Source of the DNA: Camelus ferus
Taxonomy: Eukaryota
Length of the DNA stretch: 64,000 bases
Direction of reading: 5' to 3'
NCBI RefSeq assembly: GCF_009834535.1
Contig: NC_045705.1
Location: 67,890,001-67,954,000, forward strand
Shown here: piece after piece, positions 35,050-47,020 of the stretch
Layout of the letters: every line of letters starts with the position of its first letter
Position numbering within the stretch: position 1 is the stretch's first letter
Made by a program: the position numbers and the translations under genes
Notes under the pieces: generated by a model
The model's database searches: none
What the model was told of the DNA's origin: nothing
Seen by the model: the letters and a program-made list of their open reading frames with translations, nothing else

Positions 35050-37899
35050 ATGACCCGGACACCTCAATGGCATCCTCTCTCTCTGCTGTCATCCTCAGAA
35101 TGCTGGCCCCCCCATCCTTGTGCCTGTGACTTCGTGGTCTTAAGACAGCTGCACAGCTCTCGCCATCACACCAGGATCCCAAACAGGGAAGAACATTTCT
35201 CCTCACTCAGCTGGGTGAGCCACAGGGTATCAGTCACCCAGGGAGTCTCTGCTCAGGGCATGACATCGAGTTGGCTCCCAGGAGGAGTTTGTGGAATAAA
35301 TGAAAGAGAAAGTATAGCAAGAGAAAAGCACTGAAAGCCTGTGGATGTTCCTGCGGCTGGTCCTGCGAGAATGTGGAGCAGGCCACTGCGGGCACATCCC
35401 TGGGCTCCGCTTCCCAGACCCAGGGGGGCAGGCGGGCTTATCAGGCCCCCAGGAGCCTGCTGTGGGGACGCTGGGGTCCTGGTCCTGCTGCAGCCCGTCT
35501 GCCATCGGCTCTGGCCTGAGCTCCCCGCAGCCTTGTGCCCACCTCTCCCCAGCTTCCCTCGCCCCTGTCCACCTCCTGATGCCCCTCAGGTCACAGCCCC
35601 CTTCACCTTTCATGTGGGGCAACCCAGAAGGGTGGGGTCTTTAAGAAGAAGAGTATAAACTAGCTAAAACCGGATAGGAATGGGAGTGAGTATCATTCAG
35701 AATGAATAAGAGATGAAACCACCACAGATTACAGAGCGTTAAAAGTCGATTAACATCACCATCGTCACCACGTGCAGGGAAGTCATGATGCTGGTGACGG
35801 CCTGACTCGCGCGGCGACGCGTGTGCTCGCCCACTCTTCTCTCCGGGAGCGGGACGCGCGTTACTGTTTTCTGGGGAGAGAATACAAAACTGACGCAGCT
35901 CTTCCTCCGGGGCGGCTGCTGTGAATCCCTTCTCGTCATCCACGGCGTGGGGAGAGATTCTGAAGCCTCAGAACTCCTCGTGGTGACACCTGGCGCTTCG
36001 AGGATTGATGGGGCCTCTGTCACAAACGAGCTTTCACAGATGTGACTCTAGTCAGCAGTGGCCGCCGCAGGTGTGTGTGCCCCAAACGCAGGCACCTGAT
36101 GAACTGCAGTCCCCTGGGAACAGCGGAGGCTGGCCCGGCAGGCCCTGCGTGCGGGAGCACGGCCGGGCAGGAGGGCGCTCGGGCGGACTGGGCACCAGCA
36201 CAGACTCACCCGTCCCCTGAGACTCACACGTGCTGCCCGGAGGGATGGAGGGGCGGGACGTCCCGCAGACCGGCTTCTGGCTCCACACCCCACGTCCCGC
36301 TCCCCTGAGCTCCCCATGCGACCCCCAGGGCTGGGCACCCAGAAGGCAGCTGCGTCCCCGGAAACTACTCCTGCGAGGGGGTGGCCATCAGCCCACTAAC
36401 TGCACAGAGTCAATGGGTTGGATCGTGTCCCCCAGAGAGATGGGTCCAAGTCCCACACACCATGGAGCTGAATTCTGCCAAAAACCTACAGGAACTTGGG
36501 GGACCACCCCGACAGCGGAAATGGGATTCCGACTGGGTTGGCAAACTCTGGCCCTTGGGCCACACCCAGCCCGCTGCCTGATTTTGGGAAGTTTTACTGG
36601 CACGTGGCTGAGCTGGGTTGTCATGTGTGGTCGCCATGGCTGTCACGTGTGACAGACAGTGTGTGGCCCACAAAGCTTCCGCAGTCACTCTCTGGCCCTT
36701 TGCAGACCCGCCTGCTGGCCCCTAATGGAGGTGTAGCCACTGCTCCCAGGGTTGCTCCCCTCTAGTCCTTACAGGGGAGACCACCTTGAACTGAATCCAG
36801 GCCGGGCCTGGGCTGGCCCCGGGCGGCCCGAGACCTCTTGGCCCTGAGCCCCTCCGTGTATAAGCCCGATCAGGGACCAGAGATGAGTCTTCCCCTGCAG
36901 ACTGCTGTGAGCTGGCCCTCGCTCGGAAGGGTCAATTCTCCAGAATGTTCTCAGCTCAAGTTCTTAATTCTGGCCAATATCCTTGAAATGTGTTTTTAAT
37001 AGTTTCAAATGAAACTCAAATCTTGTTAGGTGATGCCACAGCAAATTCAGATATAAATCTCCATTTGTTTTTATCGTTTGCAAATATTAAAGTTATCAAG
37101 GGAGAGGCAAGTAAAGGAATAAAAATGCAAAGTAGCTGGGGAGAGAACTGCCCGCGGGCGGTGGGCGGCAGGTCCCCTCCCGGCCGGGCACTGGTCACGC
37201 CTGGCCGCCTGGCCGGCGGGGCTGTGGGCCGCCCTGCAGCCTGAGCTCCTGGATGCGGGGGAGGCTCGAAGGCACAGAAGGAGCTTCTACCTCAGCTGCG
37301 GGCGCATTAAAAAGACAGCCCAACACCAAAGTATCACCACAGAAACGCTGCTCCAAAGAGTTCATCTTTATCCTGTGTTCGGGAAAAGCAGTCATCAGCC
37401 CACGAGCTTCAATGGCCCAAATTACCGATAATTTCAGCATAAATTAGGCCATTATGTGCTCCCACTAGGCTTCTCTCCCTTGCTGATGAAAGCGAGCGCT
37501 GAGCCTTATTATCCTCTCCAGACAGAGAGGCGCGGGGAGGGCGTGTTTGGTGTCTGTGGCCCAGGGGAGGGGGCTCGATCTGCTTTTTGGAGGGGAGGGG
37601 CCGGCTGAGAGCCTGGGCCGCACACACACCCTCCCCCGTCCCCCACCCCGGGCCGGCCCCAGGCGAGGCTCCGGGAGGGACCAGGCTCACCAGGAGAGAG
37701 GCTCCCAGTGAATCCGACATGACTTCTGGAGCCCACGGGGTGGGGGGCACTGCCCTTTGGGGCTCCCTGGGGTGGGGGTGACCAAGACACAGGTCAGGCA
37801 CCCTCAGAGCGGGAGGGTCTTCTGGAGACAGAACTCAGCAAAGGGGGGAAGGGCGAGGCTCGTAGCTGGGAGCTGTGGGCCCAATGCGTGTCCCCCCGG

Positions 37900-38105
37900 C
37901 CCCCAAGGCGCATGCGGAAGCCCTAACCCCCAGTGTGATGGACTCTGGAGGCCGGGGTCCCCCGGAGGTGACTGGTGGGGAGGCCATGAGGATGGCGCCT
38001 GCCTGCCGGGAGAAGAGGCCTCAGGGAACCTACTCTGCCAGCCCCTTGATCTTGGGCTTGTGGCCTCCAGGACTGAGAAACTGATGTCTGCTGTTCAAGC
38101 CCCTT
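37900..38105 (+). mobile_element. MLT1 (MaLR) LTR fragment
   Basis: AACCCCCAGTGTGATGG...GCCAGCCCCTTGATCTTGGGCTTGTGGCCTCCAGGACTGAGAAACTGATGTCTGCTGTTCAAGCCCC. Confidence 0.7.
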
Positions 38106-38469
38106 GGACTAAGACCTGGGGAAAGAGGACCCGGGTGTCGGGGCGAATGGCTGGATGAACATGGAGGAGGAGGAGGAGAATGAGCAGGGGGCCGCGGGCC
38201 CGGGGGAGGGGGCCGGGGGAGGGGGAGCCGGGAAGGAGGCCGGGCTGGGGGAGGGGAGGGGGAGGGTGGGGAGGAGCCGGGAAGGAGGCCCGGCTCGGGG
38301 GAGGGCTGGGAAAGACCCCGAGGCCAGGCCGAGGGCTCTGCCTTCACGCTGTTTGTGGGCTGTGGGGAACCACAGAAAAACCAGTTTTAGGAGAAAAGTG
38401 CACCTTGCTCTGGCGCAGGGAAAACCGTCCTTGTCACCTGCCTCTCCTTGGCCACGTTGGACCAGGCAC

Positions 38470-38650
38470 ATGCTCTGTGGCCTCTGGGTGGCTTCGTTGT
38501 TGTGGGCTGTGCTGTGTGTCACGGGATGTTTCAGGACCATGGCCTCCAACCGTAGAGGCCAGTAGTAATGCCACCCACCCCCATTGTGACAACCCCGAGT
38601 GACTCCAGGCACTGCCACATGCCCCAGGGACAGAATTGAGAGCCTGCTAT
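38470..38650 (-). mobile_element. MER20 (hAT-Charlie) fossil
   Basis: TTGTTGTGGGCTGTGCTGTGTGTCACGGGATGTTT...GGCCTCCAACCGTAGAGGCCAGTAG...TTGTGACAACC...CTCCAGGCACTGCCACATGCCCC matches the recalled MER20 reverse complement. Confidence 0.75.
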
Positions 38651-41524
38651 AGGGGATGAGGTGGCCAGGTCTGTGACCGTCCTTTGGAGGCAAAGCAACC
38701 AGGTGATGCGGCGAGGTGGGGGGCAGGAGGTGTCCCCAACTCTGCCAGGTGTGGTGCTGGGCAGACTCACCTCTTAACTTGTCACAGGATAAAAAAGGCC
38801 CTGGGACAAGCTTGTCCTCTGAATTTGCCATCCGGTCTGGAGCTTGGTGTCGTTTGAGTAGTCAGGAGTGTGACCTGGTGGCATCGCTGTGCCTTGGGCT
38901 GTCCTGCACGGGGATGAGGTGCCCTCTGTTTTGGGGGAGATGCTGAGGCAGTGATGGGCATCCACGGGGTCCCCTTGGGTCCAACTGATGCGGAGTTCGA
39001 CATAAATGAGCTCTCGTCTCCCAGGCACGCCCAGGAGGTTCTACAGGTCTGTTGGGTGGGTGGCATGAGGGCAGGTATGAGCTATACCGGGGACTGCCGC
39101 GGGCGAGGAGCTGTTCCAGCGCAGGAGACAGAGCCCAGAGAACCCCACAGCCTGAGATCCCACCTGGCTCTCCCTTGTCCCTCCCCACCCCGCTTTCCCC
39201 TCCTCGGGTGGCCAGACCAGGCTCAGCCTCCCCTGTTTCTGTAACAGCCCCAGACTGTGGGCCACTGGGAGGGACGGCAGGGCCATGAAGCTGCCCTGTG
39301 AGTCCTGATCTGACTGGTACCCTCCCGGATGACCTGGGCCAGCTTGGAAAGTTGCAGCTTCTTTCGTCAGCCTCTTCCCTGGCCAGCTGGGTGCCCCCTC
39401 ACCAACCAGCAGCCAAGCCCACTGCAGAGGGAAAGGAGATGCCCTAGAGGAGGCTGGCCTGAGCTGGGGGGGAGTGCGGGCTGCTCCTGCCCAGAAACCC
39501 AGCCCTTCCAAGTGCACAGTGTTTTCAGCCGGTTTCTTTCTTGCTCTGAATCCCCTGGTGGCCTGTGGGCTTTGACGTGTGGGAGGCAATTTTCTCTGCT
39601 AAGGAAGGGGCTTAACCGGTAGGACAGGAGGCAGACAGAAGTAGCCTCCTGCCTCATAATGTTTTTAGGGGAATGGCTTTTTTTCTTTCTCTTTTTTAAA
39701 GAAAAGTTCATTTGCTATATGTTATTCAATTAGGAAACTTGCCAGGCACGGTGACGGTTTTTGTTAAAGGGCAAAAATAACCTAATAAGTCAAATTTGAT
39801 TTGGCAAACTAGAGTCTGTCTGTTTTCCAGAGTTGCCGAAAGACCGTGTGGCCCAGATCAGGAGAGAGGGACTGAAAGGCGGGGAAGTGAGTGGGGAGTG
39901 GGGGGCGGAGAGGTGCGGTGAGGCTGGGGGACAGATGCCCAGAGCTGGGCCCACCCCCAGCCCGCCCCTCCCTCCACAGGCCCCTGCCCAGGACCCCTAA
40001 GCTCAGAGGGCAGAGACCTCAGGCCTGGGAGACCTCATTTCCTTGACCTGAGGCCAGGCAGAGCTGGAGGGCAGAAAGGGTCTGTCACATCTGGAAGAAG
40101 CAGAAGGAATTCCAGGCAGGGCTAGGTGGCGGTGACGCAGGGGTTGGGGGGGGGGAACACCCAGGGATACAGCCAGGACACGCCTGTACACACATTCACT
40201 TACACACACTCCGGGAGGCAGGGCCGTTATCTCTTTCTTAGTCCCAGGACCAAATTCTAAGGGAGGAGTTCTGACTCGCTCAATCTGAGTCAGGCCCCCA
40301 AAGTGCTCAGCCCAGTCCCCTTACTCCTGGCTGTTGGAGCGGGAACCTCATGGCACATAAAGGCTGCCAGGCACTAGCCTGAGCAGATGAGAAGGAGAGG
40401 CTCTGGAGGTCGCTGTGAGTGGGTGAATGGCTCGTGTAGCTCATAAGATCTAAGACTTGAGGCCAGGTCTTAATAACTTCAAACTCTTGGCTTTTCCCCC
40501 CTGCCCTGTCTTAAGGGTCCCTTGAGCACATCCTGAGACCGGGGTTCTCATGCAGGTGGATTGTGAGGCAGTGGTCTCAGGAGAAACCTGCAGGCAGTGA
40601 GGGAAGCAGGACAAGGCAGGAGCAGAAGCCAGGCGACCCTCAGCCTGGCCCCACGGGAGCTCCGGGTTGCTTGTGGCCTCACAGGGCTCTCCCCTCCTGA
40701 GTCGAACTTTTCCGCCACTCACCAGGGGCCACACAGAGGGAAGCATGCCCCCCTGGCCTCTCTGGGCAGAGGGCAGCGCTGCAGGGAGGGGGCAGCAGCA
40801 GGTGTGGGCACCCAGGACGGGTGACAGTGTGCATGGCGAGGGGTGGTCTGAACGCACCCCCATCTGCTCCCCCTACCCCCTACCCATGATCTGGGGGCTG
40901 CAGGTGGCAGCTGACAGACCAGCACCTGAGATCAAGGGCTTGGCTAGACAGGAGAAGGGGCCCTGTGCACCCCTCCCACCCCACGTGGTCCCCAGGTCCC
41001 TAGGAGGGGGACCCTTGGGACACAGCACCCACCACACCTGGAAAATGAAGGTCCCCTCGCCCCCCGCCATGCTGTGGAATCAAAGCAGGACAAGTGCACA
41101 TCCAGATCTGATGAGAAGCAAGCAAGGGGCACTCGCTGGTGTTTTCAGATCTAAACTACAATATTCATCTACGAATCCTTCCATCACGATGACCCAGAAA
41201 TGGGACTTAGAGAAGTTGGGATGGTGCCATCAAAAGGGTCACTCCGCCCTCATGAGTCTCTTGACAGGAACAAATTATCTAATAATCAGAAAGCATTTTC
41301 TACATTAAGGGGCCTGGCAGGCCTCCCAAGGACAACAATGACATTATTCACACAGCGTCACTGCTCAACGGCCTGTCGCTTTGTCACTTTGCACCAACGT
41401 TTCCAACTTTTCTGAGAACACAGTAGACCTTGGAAGCTAGGCTTTGAAACTTGTAAAAAAAAAAAAATTTCCAGATTACTTTCGGGGAGACTTTGTAATG
41501 ATGCGCATCACTTTGCGGATAATC

Positions 41525-41755
41525 GTAGCTGACCCATGAAGAACGCAGGGGTTGGGGCACCAGCCCCCTACACAGTTGAAAATCTAAGTATAATTTTGAG
41601 TCCCTCCAACCTTAACTACTAATAGTTTACTGGGGACTGTAAATTTTACTGATAACATAAACACATATTTTGCATATTTTATGCATTTTATATGTATTCT
41701 GTGCTCTATTCTTACAATTAAGTGAGAGAAAAAAATATTATTAAGCAAATCATAA
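41525..41755 (+). mobile_element. Tigger1 left-end fragment
   Basis: AGCTGACCCATGAAGAACGCAGGGGTTGGGGCACC...CACAGTTGAAAATC...CTTAACTACTAATAG...GATAACATAAACACATATTTTG...AAATCATAAGG. Confidence 0.85.
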
Positions 41756-41850
41756 GGGGGAGGGTGTGGCTCAGCGGTAGGTTGTGCGCTTAGCATGCAT
41801 GAGGTCCTGGGTTCAATCCCCAGCACCTCCATAAAACAAAGCAATAAATT
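41756..41850 (+). mobile_element. tRNA-Ala-derived camelid-type SINE
   Basis: GGGGGAGGGTGTGGCTCAGCGGTAGGTTGTGCGCTTAGCATGCATGAGGTCCTGGGTTCAATCCCCAGCACCTCCA plus A-rich tail; A and B boxes present. Confidence 0.9.
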
Positions 41851-44800
41851 ACAGTATTTAAGCTCTTTTAAAAAAATGTCCATATTCTGTCACCAGTAAT
41901 TTCATTGTTAGGAATTTATACAAAGAGAATCAGGACACACCCAGAGAGGTGGCTGACAGCTTTACCACAAGTGGGGTTCTAGGGACATTTGTTTATAGAC
42001 AAAAATTTTTAAATGCTTCTCTGCGCAACCAAGTTGGGGTGTGAGTTAAATTTGCTCCCCATGGCGTCTCTAATGATATGTATGTGTGCAATCTGGGTCA
42101 TATATAGACTTTTCGTGATTCACCTCTGTGACCTGTCCAAGAGAGAGGCTTCGGCTAGAATGATAGCCTGAGGGAGGGGAAGAGGGAAAAGCGCATTGCT
42201 GGGTAAGACCCATCCGCAGGGACCCAGAGGGGCATCCGTGACCAGGCTGGTAAGGGGCCTCCCTGTCTCTCCCCACCTGGGTGCACTGTCAGCTAAAAAG
42301 AAAAGCTTCTGCAAAAAACTACAAATTGGCAACACATTTTTGCAATCAGATGAAACACTTCCCACCTGTGAAGATGGACATTACCCTTCCTTTCCCCGGG
42401 GACTGGGAAAGTGACCTGCCCCAGGAAAGCGTCCCCCACACCAGCAAGTAGCTGAGTCCCTCCCCGGGGCCACCCTGGTTCCAGGGGCCCTGGGACTGGG
42501 ACTCCACAGAGCCCTGGAGGGCTTGGGTTCCGGAAGAAAATGGCAGGTGAACGTCCCTGTAATGGCCTTTTCATGTCCCATGCTAGGTCGGGAAAAGGGA
42601 ACTCAAACCAAAAAGCGACCCAAGGAGCCAAATCATGGTATTTCAGAAGCATTGCAAAGAAGGCGGCCTCTAATGCGACGCCAGCAAATGGTCCACCCGA
42701 ACTGGCAAAGGCGCCCAGCCCTTCGGGCTTAGAACTGCGGTAACTTCCCCGGCTCCGAGCTCCATCAGCAGCAGCTGCAGCTGCGGGAAGGAGGTGCCTG
42801 GTTTCCGCATGGACCCTCCTGCCCCGGCCTGCCCACCCCTGGCCTCTGCCCTCCACCCAGTCCCCCAACCCCAGCCCCTCCCCCCAGCCCCCCGCCTCGG
42901 CCTCCCTAGGAGACCGGTCTCACTGTGTGCGCTTTGTCGTTCGCTCTGCTTTAAGAGCTTCCCTTTCTGGACATTTCATTCTTGGTGAAAATACATCTTC
43001 ATTACTACACACTGTTTCTTAGGAAAGGGAATATTTTAAGATAATTTCCAAACATCATCTTGGTTAAGAGGCGATAAGGCAAACAGTCGTTTTCACAGCT
43101 AAACTCTTTTCCAACGGGGAAAATAGATGCTCTTTCCTCCTCTCCCTTGTCACCGTTCTGAGGCTTCATGCAAGACTAAATTACCCGGAGGTCACTCTGT
43201 GACTGTGTCAGTTACAAGGACTAACCACCGTTCTCACAGGATGTCCCTTCCTCCATCAAACTAAAATGGCAAAATGAGCATAAATATCCCAAAGTACATT
43301 AATCTCACTGTGTTTGGACGATAATGAACCTGAGACACAGACAGAGCCGCCTCCTGTGCTGTGCGAGGGGACACGTTCAGGGACCCAGGGCCCCCGAGGA
43401 GCCTGTGGGCACCGCTGCTGCTCCACCCCCACCCGGAGCCTGAGCCCCAGCCCCGAGAGGCCGGATGAACAGCCTGGAGCAGAGACAGAGGCCCCTGCGA
43501 GTGCGGTCCTTTGGCTTGCCCTGCTTGGGGGCGAAGGGCTCACAGGGCACAGGGGGAGAGATGCCCCAGAAGCTCAAAGCTCCCTCCTAAGCCCGCTTCA
43601 GAATGAACCTGGAGTGCATAAAAGCAGCCGGAGACACAGCCACACTTTGCCCACTGAGGGGCAGCGTCTGCTTCTCCATCCCGCTGCGTCTGGGCAGAGC
43701 CGGGGCCTTCTTGGACCACCCTCCCCTCCCCTTGAACAGGCGGGAGTGCGGCTGTGGGGGTCCAGGCCGCTCCTCCTTTTGGGAACTCAGGTGCCATACT
43801 GTGGGGAAGCCCGAGGGGCCGCGGGGATGCGCCCACATGGAGAAGCCCCAGGGGCCTGCGCTGCACTGCCAGCCGAGCTCCAAGCTGCCGGCCAGCACCC
43901 ACGTGCCCAACCTGTGGGTCCAGGTTCTTGAAAGTGAGCCCTGCAGGGGATGCTACGTGCAGCAGACAAACCCCTGTCCGAATTGCGCAACTGGAATAAA
44001 TAGATGTTGCTGTTTTAGATAGCTAAGTTTTGGGGCAATAAATACCTGAAACACTGGACATAAGGAGGCCTGGAAGGAGGACTTGGCTGGACTCCACTGG
44101 TGAGCACGAGCTGGGGCCAGCACAGTGGCCGGGGGGAAGCGGGGACAGGTTTGACAGCTGTTCCCAAGTGTTGCTTCCTGCTGAAATCACAGCAGCCTCC
44201 TCCCCACCCTCGTGCCCACAGCAGTTTCCCTGGCGATGTGGCCAGGCTGGGGGGCCAGCTGTCGGGCAGGGGGCTGCCGTCTGGGCAGCTTGCAGGACAG
44301 CTGGGCTCCCCGGAAAATGATGGCCCTGGAGATGGTAATTGGCAGTGTCCTTCCTTTGGGAAGTCAGCCTGACTCTTCAAATAAAATAAACAGGGTTTGA
44401 GAATTTAATTTTTATTCCCAGGGTCACGATTTGTTCTGCTGTCAACGCATTACAGGGGGAGGAAAGCTCTGGCCACGGAGGGTCTGTCAACCTGATTTCC
44501 TCTTAATTGCTGCACACATTCACTTTCCTGCCGGATCTGCGTCTTCTTTTCAAAAAAGCCCACATGGGCCCTTTCCTTCGTCTTCAGAGCTGATCTTGAC
44601 CCCAAATACTTATCTGTGGAAACGAGAGAAGCTTCGCTCCGGACCAGCTCACCTCTGTGACGGAGACACGAGGTTCTGGTGGCTGAGGTTTCCCCCACCT
44701 CCCATCTGACCTCGACCACTAGGGCTGCCCAGGAATTCAGGACACCTGGTTAAATTAGAGTTTCAGATGACAGAAAATAAGTTTTTATTATAGCACATCC

Positions 44801-45344
44801 CAAATATTGCATGGGACATACTTAGATTCAAAATGATCTTGTCATTTATCTGGAATCCAAGTTTAATTGCGTGTCCTGCGTTTTTATTTAACTGCACCTG
44901 TGTCAGCTAAGGGAGCCATTTGGGGTGAAATGGAACTGACTTCAAAGCAAGAGGGACCCTGAGGGACCCAGATGTGGCAGGAACGACCTGGGGGAGGCAA
45001 GGAAGAGTCCAGGGAGAGTGAGCTTGGCCAGAGTCCAGGCCAGCCAAATCAAAGCGGGAGAGGAAACAGCGAGCAAAGAGATGGTGGGAGCCGGGTGGCC
45101 AGCTGTCCCAGGAAGCCCGGCCTTCCTGGAACCACGTGGCAGCGCTATCCATGGTGGCCAAGAGGTAGAAGCCGCCAAGGGTCCGTCTGCAGGTGAACGG
45201 GTAAAAACGCAGTGCATCCTTGCAGCAGAGACTCATCCAGCCCTAAAACGGCGTGAAGCGCTGAAGCAGGCTATAGCTGACAAGAGGCTGCTCAGTGGGG
45301 GCACAGCAGGCCACGGGTACCGTGTGATTCCGTTTTGTGAACCG

Positions 45345-45500
45345 ACCAGAACAGATCCTCCCTCAGCCTTAGAGGGAACCAACCAACCCTGCCGACACCC
45401 TGACCTCAGGCTTCCGCCTCCAGAACCATGAGGCGTTACACTGCTGTCGTGTGAGCCGCCTGGTCTGGGGTACCTCGCTCCGGCAGCCCCTGCAAGTGCC
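45345..45500 (+). mobile_element. MLT1 LTR 3' fragment
   Basis: AGAACAGATCCTCCCTCAGCCTTAGAGGGAACCAACC...CCCTGCCGACACCCTGACCTCAGGCTTCCGCCTCCAGAACCATGAG. Confidence 0.7.
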
Positions 45501-47006
45501 TGCGGGCCCCCACATCAGGTTGGCAAAATCTGAACTTTTGGTGGCACCCGGCCAGGATTTGGGGCAAAAGGCACTTGGACTCTGTAAGGGGACTTCCCAC
45601 AGCTGTTTGTGTTTCTAATAAAAGTGAAGATGTGCACGCCCCGCGTCCCGGCCCCACGGCTAAGACTCCATCACTAGATCGTGGAGGATTCTGCAGGAGG
45701 GCAGGACACTGGGAACCGGGTGACGTATGTGACCAGGGCGGGTCAGCTGGGTTATGTGCACTGTGCAGCGGAAGGCATGTGACTGCAAAGACACGGTGGA
45801 GATGCGTGAATGGAAGAGGCAAGTTGCCCAAGACCAAGCCTAGCGAAGTGCCCTTCGCTTCCTTTTTCAGCTGCACATGAGACTGTGGTGAGAAGGCAGA
45901 GCCGCCCCAAAGGGCACACACGCCCGTCTGCAGAGGTTCCTGCCAGATGTGTGGACGGCAGGACGTGTTTCTTGTTTTAGAAACTTTTTAAAAAGTGATC
46001 TGATTACGGATGATTTTGACTCTGTGTCTTCCGTCTTTTGCAAACGTCACGTGTCTGGCGATAAGCAGTTAAAGTAAGTCGATTCGGAGACTAAGACAGG
46101 AAGGCAAAGTCCACGCTCAAAAGAGGGTGTTCCCCGGGCCTCGTCCTTCCAGCACTGCGCCCCTGCCTCGGGCACCGCCTGACCTTGACTCCAGATCATT
46201 CTGGGTCATTGGTCAAGACCATTCAGAGTCCTCGGCTGGCTGACCTGTTTCCCCTCGCCCTTGCTTAACTTTCACAGCGACCCTGTGAAGTAGGGCTTTT
46301 CAGGCAGGGAGTGGAGGTGGGTGGTGTGGGGTGGAGGGTTGGTGACAGATTCAAGGCAGGACTTGAACCTGGCCTCTCGGGCTCCTGTCAGCCTCTGTGT
46401 CGGTTGCCGTTGTTGGCTCTGTACATGGAGCAGAGTCAGGGGCCACGATCCAGCCCTGACCCACTGGGGGTCTCTGTCCCTTCAGGCAGGCGGCCGCCAG
46501 CACCCATGAGTGGATGGAGGTGGTGAGGGAGTGAGCTCTCCCCACAGCCCTGCTCTCCGGTGACGTCTGTCACAGCGGTTCATAGCACCTGGGGCCTTTG
46601 AGTGACCAACTCAGCTCCTGTCCACCCATGAGCCGACCACAGGCTGGACACTCTCACCCACGAAGCAACATGGAGGAACCATGGACAGAATGGGGAGAGA
46701 CTCCCATGACCCCATTTCCAGTCTAAAACAGGTGAAGTCACCACTGCTAGAAGTCCCCTAGTGGCCACTGTGGGAAGGGAGAGACCAGGAACAGTGCATG
46801 TTCCACCTTGACGGGGGCTGCTGGTGACACTGCGTCCCTCTGTGAGGACATCCAGCCAGCTCAGCACTCATTAGAGCACCTTTTTGTGTGTGGATTACTC
46901 TTCAACTAAAGGTTTTCCAAATGCTCATGGGTCTTGAGTCCCTTAAAGCATTTTGTGTCCCTGAGAAGCAGGTGGGGCAGAGTGCGGCTGCTTCTGAGCA
47001 CGGCTC

Positions 47007-47020
47007 AGGCCCCCTGGTGG
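47007..47020 (-). promoter_or_regulatory. CTCF-type motif CCACCAGGGGGCCT (reverse orientation)
   Basis: The + strand AGGCCCCCTGGTGG gives a 12/12 match to the CCACCAGGGGGC core, followed by CT instead of GC. Confidence 0.4.

Noticed and set aside
41756-41832. Apparent tRNA-Ala(AGC) gene (also 21457, 29731, 30429, 48809)
   Set aside because: It keeps G3:U70 and the A/B boxes but has an acceptor-stem mismatch, a disrupted D arm and an A-rich tail; the other four copies have TSDs. These are SINEs, not tRNA genes.
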